NCBI GenBank assembly: GCA_043228905.1
Contig: JBHGNT010000074.1
Span: forward strand, 54,670 to 118,669
Origin: Azolla caroliniana
Taxonomy: Eukaryota; Plantae; Polypodiophyta
Length of the DNA: 64,000 nt
Direction of reading: 5' to 3'
In this document: one piece after another, positions 49,401-61,129 of the stretch
Layout: every line of letters starts with the position of its first letter
Numbering within the stretch: the first letter of the stretch is position 1
Notes under the pieces: generated by a model
What the model was told of the DNA's origin: nothing
What the model saw: only the letters and a program-made list of their open reading frames with translations
Databases searched by the model: none
Position numbers and translations under genes: made by a program

Positions 49401-50098
49401 GAGACGTGAAGAAATTTACAAGTTAGAGGAGGGAGTTGAGAAGAGTTCGTGCGTAATTTAAAATGTTCATACCTGACCCATGTGATATCGGATTTTAGTG
49501 TTCAAAGATGCGAATCGAAATCAACAACGCTACATATGATGTGGAATTAGAAAATCAAGATTTTGAAACTCAGATCGAGAGACATGAAGAAATTACCAAA
49601 TTTGAGGAGGGAGTTGAGAAGAACGCGTCAGTAAATTAAAATGTTCATACCTGGCTCAGGTGATCCCGGATTTTAGTGTTCAAAGATGCGAATCGAAGCT
49701 AACAACACTAGCTATGATATGGAATGAAAAAATCAAACTTTTGAAACTCAAGTCGAGAGACATGAAGAAATTCGCAAGTTAGAGGAGGGAGTTGAGAAGA
49801 GCCCGTGAGTAAATTAAAATGTTCATACCTGGCCCATGTGATATCGGATTTTAGTGTTCAAAGATGCGAATCGAAAGTAACATTGCTAGCTCTGATATGG
49901 AATTAAAAAATCAAGATTTTGAAACTCAGATCGACAGACATGAAGAAATGCTCAAGTTAGAGGAGGGAGTTGAGAAGAGCCCGTGAGTAAATTAAAATGT
50001 TCATACCTGGCCCATGTGATATCGGATTTTTGTGTTGAAAGATGCGAATCGAAGCTAACAACACTAGCTATGATATGGAATTAAAAAATGTAGATTTT
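46455..50098 (+). repeat. 11-mer higher-order repeat (1,947 bp), about 1.9 copies
   Basis: Identical pseudo-ORFs at 47171 and 49118; 1,947 = 11 x 178 - 11, explained by the 11-bp deletion gtatatta^cctgg present in both copies. Confidence 0.92.
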
Positions 50099-53000
50099 AA
50101 AACTCAAGTCGAGAGACATGAAGAAATGCTCAAGTTAGAGGAGGGAGTTGAGAAGAGCCCGTGAGTAAATTAAAATGTTCATACTTGGCCCATGTGATAT
50201 CGGATTTTTGTGTTCAAAGATGCGAATCGAAGCTAACAACACTAGCTATGATATGGAATTAAAAAATGTAGATTTTAAAACTCAAGTCGAGAGACATGAA
50301 GAAATTCGCAAGTTAGAGGAGGGAGTTGAGAAGAGCCCATGAGTAAATTAAAATGTTCGTACCTGGCCCATGTGATATCGGATGTTAGTGTTCAAACATA
50401 CGAATCGCAGCTAACAATGCTAGCTCTGATATGGAATTAAAAAATCAAGATTCTGAAACTCAGATCGACAGACATGAAGAAATTACAAAATTTGAGGAGG
50501 GAGTTGAGAAGAGCGGGTCAGTAAATTAAAATGTTCATACCTCGCTCGGGTGATCCTGAATTTTTGTGTTCAAAGATGCGAATCGAAGCTACCAACACTA
50601 GCTATGATATGGAATTAAAAAATCAAAATTTTGAAACTCAAGTCGAGAGACATGAAGAAATTCGCAAGTTAGAGGAGGGAGTTGAGAAGAGCCCGTGAGT
50701 AATTTAAAATATTCATACCTTGCCCATGTGATATCGGATTTTAGTGTTCAAAGATGCGAATCGAAGGTAACAACGCTAGCTCTGAAATGGAATTAAAAAA
50801 TCAAGATTTTGAAACACAGATCGACAGACATGAAGAAATTACCAAATTAGAGGAGGGAGTTGAGAAGAGCGCGTTAGTATATTAAAATGTTCATACCTGG
50901 CCTATGTGATATCGGGTTTTAGTGTTCAAAGATGCGAATCGAAGCTAACAACGCTATCTATGAATTTGAATTAAAAAATCAAGATTTTGAAACTCAAGTC
51001 GATAGACATGAAGAAATTCGCAACTTAGAGGAGGGAGTTGAGAAGAGCCCGTGATTAATTTAAAATATTCATACCTGGCCCATGTGATTTCGGATTTTAG
51101 TGTTCAAAGATGCGAATCGAAGGTAACAACGCTAGCTCTGAAATGGACTTAAAAAATCAAGATTTTGAAACTCAGATTAACAGACATCAAGAAATTACCA
51201 AATTAGACGAGGGAGTTGAGAAGAGCGCGTCAGTATATTAAAATGTTGATACCTGGCCTATGTGATATCAGATTTTAGTGTTCAAAGATACGAATCGAAG
51301 GTAACAACACTACCTATAATATGGAATTAAAAAATGAGGATTTTAAAACTCAGATCGACAGACATGAAGAAATTACCAAATTAGAGGAGGGAGTTGAGAA
51401 GAGAGCGTCAGTATATTAAAATGTTCATACCTGGCTCGTGTGATCCCGGATTTTTGTGTTCTAAGATGCGAATCGAAGGTAACAACGCTAGCTCTAATAT
51501 GGAATTAAAAAATCAAGATTTTGAAACTTAGATCGACAGACATGAAGAAATTACCAAATTTGAGGAGGGAGTTGAGAAGAGCGCGTCAGTATATCAAAAT
51601 GTTCATACCTGGCCCATGTGATATCGGATTTTAGTGTTCAAAGATGCAAATCGAAGCTAACAACGCTAGCTCTGATATGGAATTAAAAAATCAATATTTT
51701 GAAACAAAGATCGACGGACATGAAGAAATTACCAAATTTGAGGAGGGAGTTGAGAAGAGCGCGTCAGTATATTAAAATGTTCATACCTGGCTCGGGTGAT
51801 ATCGGATTTTAGTGTTCAAAGATGCGAATCGAAGGTAACAACGCTACCTATGACACACCTGAAGAAATTACCAAAGTTGAGGAGGGAATTGAGAAGAGCG
51901 CGTCAGTATATTAAAATCTTCATACCTGGCCCATGTGATATCGGATTTTAGTGTTCAAACATGCGAATCGAAGCTAACAACACTAGCTCGGATATGGAAT
52001 TGAAAAATCAAGATTTTGATTCTCAGATCGAGAGACATGAAAAAATTACCAAATTTGAGGAGGCAGTTGAGAAGAGCGGGTCAGTAAATTAAAATGTTCA
52101 TACCTGGCCCGTGTGATATCAGATTTTAGTGTTCAAAGATGCAAATCGAAGCTAATAACACTAGCTATGATATGGAATTAAAAAGTCAAGATTTTGAAAC
52201 TCAAGTCGAGAGCCATGAAGAAATTCGCAAGATAGAGGAGGGAGTTGAGAAGAGCCCGTGAGTAAATTAAAATGTTCATACCTGGCTCGGGTGATCCTGG
52301 ATTTTTGTGTTCAAAGATGCGAATCGAAGCTAACAACACTAGCTATGATATAAAATTAAAAATTAAAATTTCGAAACTCAAGTCGATAGACATGAAGAAA
52401 TTCGCAAGTTAGAGGACGGAGTTGAGAAGAGCCCGTGAGTAATTTAAAATATTCATACCTGGCCCATGTGATATCGGATTTTAGTGTTCAAAGATGCGAA
52501 TCGAAGCTAACAACGCTAGCTCTGATATGGAATTGAAAAATCAAGATTTTGATACTCAGATCGAGAGACATGAAGAAATTACCAAATTTGAGGAGGGAGT
52601 TGAGAAGAGCGGGTCAGTAAATTAAAATGTTCATACCTGGCTCGGGTGATCCCGGATTTTTGTGTTCAAAGATGCGAATCGAAGCTAATAACACTAGCTA
52701 TGATATGGAATTAAAAAATCAAGATTTTGAAACTCAAGTCGAGAGACATGATGAAATTCGCAAGTTAGAGGAGGGAGTTGAGAAGAGCCCGTTAGTAAAT
52801 TAAAATGTTCATACCTGGCCCATGTGATATCGGATTTTAGTGTTCAAAGATGCGAATCGAAGGTACCAACGCTAGCTCTGATATGGAATTAAAAAATCAA
52901 GATTTTGAAACTCAGATCGACAGACTTGAAGAAATTACCAAATTTAAGGAGGGAGTTCGGAAGAGTGGGTCAGTAAATTAAAATGTTCATACCTGGCTCG

Positions 53001-53779
53001 GGTGATCCCGGATTTTTGTGTTCAAAGATGCGAATCGAAGCTAACAACACTAGCTATGATATGGAATTAAAAAATCAAAATTTTGAAACTCAGATCGACA
53101 GACATGAAGAAATTACCAAATTTGAGGAGGGAGTTGAGAAGAGGGAGTCGGTAAATTAAAATGTTCATAGCTGGCTCGGGTGATTCTGGATTTTTGTGTT
53201 CAAAGATGCGAATCGAAGCTATCAACACTAGCTTTGAAATGGAATTAAAAAATCAAGATTTTGAAACTCAAGTCAAGAGACATGAAGAAAGTCGCAAGTT
53301 AGAGGAGGGAGTTGAGAAGAGCGCGTCAGTATATTAAAATGTTCATACCTAGCCCATGTGATATCGGATTTTAGTGTTCAAAGATACGAATCGAAGCTAA
53401 TCACGCTACCTATAATATGGAATTAAAAAATGAGGATTTTAAAACTCAGATCGACAGATATGAAGAAATTACCAAATTTGAGGAGGGAGTTGAGAAGAGC
53501 CCGTGAGTAAATTAAAATGTTCATACCTAGCCCATGTTATATCGGATTTTAGTGTTCAAAGATGCGAATCGAAGGTAACAACGCTAGCTATGATATGGAA
53601 TTAAAAAATGAAGATGTTGAAACTCATGTCGAGAGACATAAAGAAATTCGCAAGTTAGAGGAGGGAGTTGAGAAGAGCCCATGAGTAAATTAAAATACGA
53701 ATCGAAGCTAATCACGCTACCTATAATATGGAATTAAAAAATGAAGATTTTAAAACTCAGATCGACAGATATGAAGAAA

Positions 53780-56330
53780 TTACCAAATTTGAGGAGGGAG
53801 TTGAGAAGAGCCCGTGAGTAAATTAAAATGTTCATACCTAGCCCATGTTATATCGGATTTTAGTGTTCAAAGATGCGAATCGAAGGTAACAACGCTAGCT
53901 ATGATATGGAATTAAAAAATCAAGATTTTGAAACTCAGATCGACAGACATGAAGAAATTACCAAATTTGAGGAGGGAGTTGAGAAGAGCCCGTGAGTAAT
54001 TTAAAATGTTCATACCTGGCCCATGTGATATCGGATTTTTGTGTTCAAACATGCGAATCGAAGCTACTAACGCTACCTCTTATATGGAATTAGAAAATAA
54101 ATATTTTGAAACTCAGATCGACAGACATGAAGAAATTACCAAATTTGAGGAGGGAGTTGAGAAGAGCGCGTCAGTATATTAAAATCTTCATACCTGGCCC
54201 ATGTGATATCGGATTTTAGTGTTCAAACATGCGAATCGAAGCTAATAACGCTACCTATAATATGGAATTAAAAAACCGAGATTTTGAAACTCAGATCGAC
54301 AGACATGAAGAAATTACCAAATTTGAGGAGGGAGTTGAGAAGAGCGCGTCAGTAAATTCAAATGTTCATACCTGGCCCATGTGATATCGGATTTTAGTGT
54401 TAAAAGATGCGAATCAAAGCTAACAACGCTAGCTCTGATATGGAATTAAAAAATCAAGATTTTGAAACTCAAGTCGACATACATGAAGAAATTCGCAAGT
54501 TAGAGGAAGGAGTTGAGAAGAGCCTCTGAGTAATTTAAAATATTCATACCTGGCCCATGTGATATCGGATTTTAGTGTTCAAAGATGCGAATCGAAGGTA
54601 ACAACGCTTGCTCTGAAATGGACTTAAAAAATAAGGATTTTGAAACTCAGATCGACACACCTGAAGAAATTACCAAAGTTGAGGAGGGAGTTGAGAAGAG
54701 CGCGTCAGTATATTAAAATCTTCATACCTGGCCCATGTGATATCGGATTTTAGTGTTCAAACATGCGAATCGAAGCTAACAACACTATCTATGAATTTGA
54801 ATTAAGAAATCAAGATTTTGAAACTCATGTCGACATACATGAAGAAATTCGCAAGTTAGAGGAGGGAGTTGAGAAGAGCCCGTGAGTAATTTAAAATATT
54901 CATACCTGCCCATGTGATATCGGATTTTAGTGTTCAAAGATGCGAATCGAAGGTAACAACGCTAGCTCTGATATGGATTTAAAAAATCAAGATTTTGAAA
55001 CTCAAGTCGAGAGACATGAAGAAATTCGCAAGATAGAGGAGGGAGTTGAGAAGAGCCTGTGAGTAATTTAAAATGTTCATACCTGGCCCATGTGATATCG
55101 TATTTTAGTGTTCAAAGATGCGAATCGAAGGTGACAACGCTAGCTCTAAAATGGAATTAAAAAATAAGGATTTTGAAACTTAGATCGACACACCTGAAGA
55201 AATTACCAAATTTGAGGAGGGAGTTGAGAAGAGCCCGTGAGTAAATTAAAATGTTCATACCTAGCCCATGTGATATCGGATTTTAGTGTTCAAAGATGCG
55301 AATCGAAGGTAACAACGCTAGCTATAATATGGAATTAAAAAAACAAGATTTTGAAACTCAGATCGACAGACATGAAGGAATTACCAAATTTGAGGAGGGA
55401 GTTGAGAAGAGCCCGTGAGTAATTTAAAATGTTCATACCTGGCCCATGTGATATTGGATTTTTGTGTCCAAACATGCGAATCGAAGCTAATAACGCTACC
55501 TCTAATATGGAATTAAAAAATAAATATTTTGAAACTCAGATCGACAGACATGAAGAAATTACCAAATTTGAGGAGGGAGTTGAGAAGAGCGCGTCAGTAT
55601 ATTAAAATCTTCATACCTGGCCCATGTGATATCGGATTTTAGTGTTCAAACATGCGAATCGAAGCTAACAACGCTACCTATAATATGGGATTAAAAAACC
55701 GAGATTTTGAAACTCAGATCGACAGACATGAAGAAATTACCAAATTTGAGGAGGGAGTTGAGAAGAGCCCGTGAGTAAATTCAAATGTTCATACCTGGCC
55801 CATGTGATATCGGATTTTAGTGTTCGAAGATGCGAATCGAAGCTAACAACGCTAGCTCTGATATGGAATTAAAAAATCAAGATTTTGAAACTCAAGTCGA
55901 TATACATGAAGAAATTCGCAAATTAGAGGAAGGAGTTGAGAAGAGCCTGTGAGTAATTTAAAATATTCATACCTGGCCCATGTGATATCGGATTTTAGTG
56001 TTCAAAGATGCGAATCGAAGGTAACAACGCTAGCTCTGAAATGGACTTAAAAAATCAGGATTTTGAAACTCAGATCGACACACCTGAAGAAATTACCAAA
56101 GTTGAGGAGGGAGTTGAGAAGAGCGCGTCAGTATATTAAAATCTTCATACCTGGCCCATGTGATATCGGATTTTAGTGTTCAAAGATGCGAATCGAAGCT
56201 AACAACGCTATCTATGAATTTGAATTAAGAAATCAAGATTTCGAAACTCAAGTCGACATACATGAAGAAATTCGCAAGTTAGAGGAGGGAGTTGAGAAGA
56301 GCCCGTGAGTAATTTAAAATAATCATACCT
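53780..56330 (+). repeat. Older, diverged 8-mer (~1,423-bp) duplication
   Basis: Variant aaaaaaccgagatttt at 54276 and 55699, plus ttcaaatgtt, gaggaaggag and cacctgaag...aaagttgagg in the same order; several mismatches between copies. Confidence 0.7.
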
Positions 56331-59300
56331 GGCCTATGTGATATCGGATTTTAGTGTTCAAAGATGCGAATCGAAGGTAAGAACGCTAGCTCTGAAATGG
56401 ACTTAAAAAATAAGGATTTTGAAACTCAGATCGACATACATGAAGAAATTCGCAAGTTAGAGGAGGGAGTTGAGAAGAGCCCGTGAGTAATTTAAAATGT
56501 TCATACCTGGCCCATGTGATATCGGATTTTAGTGTTCAAACATGCGAATCGAAGCTAACAACGCTAGGTCTGATATGGAATTGAAAAATCAAGATTTTGA
56601 TTCTCAGATCGAGAGACATGAAGAAATTACCAAATTTGAGGAGGGAGTTGAGAAGAGCGGGTCAGTAAATTAAAATGTTTATACCTGGCCCGTGTGATAT
56701 CAGATTTTAGTGTTCAAAGATGCGAATCGAAGCTAATAACACTAGCTATGATATGGAATTAAAAAGTCAAGATTTTGAAACTCAAGTCGAGAGCCATGAA
56801 GAAATTCGCAAGATAGAGGAGGGAGTTGAGAAGAGCGCGTGAGTAAATTAAAATGTTCATACCTGGCCCCTATGATATCGGATTTTAGTGTTCAAAGATG
56901 CGAATCGAAGGTAACAACGCTAGCTCTAATATGGTATTAAAAAATAACGATTTTGAAACTTGGATCGACACACCTGAGGAAATTACCAAATTTGAGGAGG
57001 GAGTTGAGAAGAGCTCGTCAGTATATTAAAATCTTCATACCTGGCCCATGTGATATCGGATTTTAGTGTTCAAAGATGCGAATCGAAGCTAACAACGCTA
57101 TCTATGAATTTGAATTAAGAAATCAAGATTTCGAAACTCAAGTCGACATACATGAAGAAATTCGCAAGTTAGAGGAGGGAGTTGAGAAGAGCCCGTGAGT
57201 AATTTAAAATAATCATACCTGGCCTATGTGATATCGGATTTTAGTGTTCAAAGATGCGAATCGAAGGTAAGAACGCTAGCTCTGAAATGGACTTAAAAAA
57301 TAAGGATTTTGAAACTCAGATCGACATACATGAAGAAATTCGCAAGTTAGAGGAGGGAGTTGAGAAGAGCCCGTGAGTAATTTAAAATGTTCATACCTGG
57401 CCCATGTGATATCGGATTTTAGTGTTCAAACATGCGAATCGAAGCTAACAACGCTAGGTCTGATATGGAATTGAAAAATCAAGATTTTGATTCTCAGATC
57501 GAGAGACATGAAGAAATTACCAAATTTGAGGAGGGAGTTGAGAAGAGCGGGTCAGTAAATTAAAATGTTTATACCTGGCCCGTGTGATATCAGATTTTAG
57601 TGTTCAAAGATGCGAATCGAAGCTAATAACACTAGCTATGATATGGAATTAAAAAGTCAAGATTTTGAAACTCAAGTCGAGAGCCATGAAGAAATTCGCA
57701 AGATAGAGGAGGGAGTTGAGAAGAGCGCGTGAGTAAATTAAAATGTTCATACCTGGCCCCTATGATATCGGATTTTAGTGTTCAAAGATGCGAATCGAAG
57801 GTAACAACGCTAGCTCTAATATGGTATTAAAAAATAACGATTTTGAAACTTAGATCGACACACCTGAGGAAATTACCAAATTTGAGGAGGGAGTTGAGAA
57901 GAGCTCGTCAGTATATTAAAATCTTCATACCTGGCCCATGTGATATCGGATTTTAGTGTTCAAAGATGCGAATCGAAGCTAACAACGCTATCTATGAATT
58001 TGAATTAAGAAATCAAGATTTCGAAACTCAAGTCGACATACATGAAGAAATTCGCAAGTTAGAGGAGGGAGTTGAGAAGAGCCCGTGAGTAATTTAAAAT
58101 ATTCATACCTGGCCTATGTGATATCGGATTTTAGTGTTCAAAGATGCGAATCGAAGGTAACAACGCTAGCTCTGAAATGGAATTAAAAAATAAGGATTTG
58201 GAATTTTAGATCGACACACTTGAAGAAATTACCAAATTTGAGGAGCGAGTTGAGAAGAGCACGTCAGTATATTAAAATCTTCATACCTGGCACCTGTGAT
58301 ATCGGATTTTAGTGTTCAAACATGCGAATCGAAGCTAACAACGCTATCTATGAATTTGAATTAAAAAATCAAGATTTTGAAACTCAAGTCGACATACATG
58401 AAACTCAAGTTAGAGGAGGGAGTTGAGAAGAGCGCGTCAGTATATTAAAATGTTCATACCTGGCCTACGTGATATCGGATTTTAGTGTTCAAACATTCGA
58501 ATCGAAGCTAACAACGCTAGCTCTGATATGGAATTGAAAAATCAAGATTTTGATTCTCAGATCGAGAGACATGAAGAAATTACCAAATTTGAGGAGGGAG
58601 TTGAGAAGAGCGGGTCAGTAAATTAAAATGTCTATACCTGGCCCGTGTGATATCAGATTTTAGTGTTCAAAGATGCGAATCGAAGCTAATAACACTAGCT
58701 ATGATATGGAATTAAAAAGTCAAGATTTTGAAACTCAAGTCGAGAGCCATGAAGAAATTCGCAAGATAGAGGAGGGAGTTGAGAAGAGCCCGTGAGTAAA
58801 TTAAAATGTTCATACCTGGCCCCTATGATATCGGATTTTAGTGTTCAAAGATGCGATTCGAAGGTAACAACGCTAGCTCTAATATGGTATTAAAAAATAA
58901 CAATTTTGAAACTTAGATCGACACACCTGAGGAAATTACCAAATTTGAGGAGGGAGTTGAGAAGAGCTCGTCAGTATATTAAAATCTTCATACCTGGCCC
59001 ATGTGATATCGGATTTTAGTGTTCAAAGATGCGAATCGAAGCTAACAACGCTATCTATGAATTTGAATTAAGAAATCAAGATTTCGAAACTCAAGTCGAC
59101 ATACATGAAGAAATTCGCAAGTTAGAGGAGGGAGTTGAGAAGAGCCCGTGAGTAATTTAAAATAATCATACCTGGCCTATGTGATATCGGATTTTAGTGT
59201 TCAAAGATGCGAATCGAAGGTAACAACGCTAGCTCTGAAATGGAATTAAAAAATAAGGATTTGGAATTTTAGATCGACACACTTGAAGAAATTACCAAAT

Positions 59301-59540
59301 TTGAGGAGCGAGTTGAGAAGAGCACGTCAGTATATTAAAATCTTCATACCTGGCACCTGTGATATCGGATTTTAGTGTTCAAACATGCGAATCGAAGCTA
59401 ACAACGCTATCTATGAATTTGAATTAAAAAATCAAGATTTTGAAACTCAAGTCGACATACATGAAACTCAAGTTAGAGGAGGGAGTTGAGAAGAGCGCGT
59501 CAGTATATTAAAATGTTCATACCTGGCCTACGTGATATCG
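56125..59540 (+). repeat. 5-mer (890-bp) HOR followed by a derived 6-mer (1,063-bp) HOR
   Basis: aatcatacctggcctatg at 56321 and 57211 (890 bp apart); cccctatg at about 56867, 57757 and 58820; taaggatttggaattttagatcgacacactt at 58191 and 59254 (1,063 bp apart). Confidence 0.85.
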
Positions 59541-61129
59541 GATTTTAGTGATCAAAGATGCGAATCGAAGCTAACAACGCTATCTATGAATTTGAATTAA
59601 AAAATCAAGATTTCGAAACTCAAGTCGATAGACATGAAGAAATTCGCAAGTTAGAGGAGGGAGTTGAGAAGAGCCCGTGAGTAATTTAAAATGTTCATAC
59701 CTGGCCCATGTGATATCGGATTTTAGTGTTCAAACATGCGAATCGAAGCTAACAACGCTAGCTCTGATATGGAATTGAAAAATCAAGATTTTGATTCTCA
59801 GATCGAGAGACATGAAGAAATTACCAAATTTGAGGAGGCAGTTGAGAAGAGCGGGTCAGTAAATTAAAATGTTCATACCTGGCCCGTGTGATATCAGATT
59901 TTAGTGTTCAAAGATGCGAATCGAAGCTAATAACACTAGCTATGATATGGAATTAAAAAGTCAAGATTTTGAAACTCAAGTCGAGAGCCATGAAGAAATT
60001 CGCATGATAGAGGAGGGAGTTGAGAAGAGCCCGTGAGTAAATTAAAATGTTCATACCTGGCCCCTATGATATCGGATTTTAGTGTTCAAAGATGCGAATC
60101 AAAGGTAACAACGCTAGCTCTGATATGGTATTAAAAAATAACGATTTTGAAACTTAGATCGACACACCTGAGGAAATTACCAAATTTGAGGAGGGAGTTG
60201 AGAAGAGCTCGTCAGTATATTAAAATCTTCATACCTGGCCCATGTGATATCGGCTTTTAGTGTTCAAAGATACGAATCGAAGCTAACAACGCTATCTATG
60301 AATTTGAATTAAAAAATCAAGATTTTGAAACTCAAGTCGACATACATGAAAAAATTCGCAAGTTAGAGGAGGGAGTTGAGAAGAGCGCGTCAGTATATTA
60401 AAATCTTCATACCTGGCCCATGTGATATCGGATTTTAGTGTTCAAGGATGCGAATCGAAGCTCACAACGCTATCTATGAATGTGAATTAAAAAATCAAAA
60501 TTTTGAAACTCAAGTCGACATACATGAAGAAATTCGCAAGTTAGAGGAGGGAGTTGAGAAGAGCCCGTGAGTAATTTAAAATATTCATACCTGGCCCATG
60601 TGATATCGGATTTTAGTGTTCAAAGATGCGAATCGAAGGTAATAACGCTAGCTCTGAAATGGAATTAAAAAATAAGGATTTTGAAACTCAGATCGACACA
60701 CCTGAAGAAATTACCAAATTTGAGGAGGGAGTTGAGAAGACCGCGTCAGTATATTAAAATCTTCATACCTGGCACCTGTGATATCGGATTTTAGTGTTCA
60801 AAGATGCGAATCGAAGCTAACAACGCTATCTATGAATTTGAATTAGAAAATCAAAATTTTGAAACTCAGATCGACAGACATGAGGAATTTACCAAATTAG
60901 AGGAGGGAGTTGAGAAGAGCGCGTAAGTATATTAAAATGTTCATACCTGGCCCATGTGATATCGGATTTTAGTGTTCAAAAATGCGAATCGAAGCTAACA
61001 ACGCTATCTATGAATTTGAATTAAAAAATCAACATTTTGAAACTCAAGTCGATATACATGAAGAAATTCGCAAGTTAGAGGAGGGAGTTGAGAAGAGCCC
61101 GTGAGTAATTTAAAATGTTCATACCTGGC

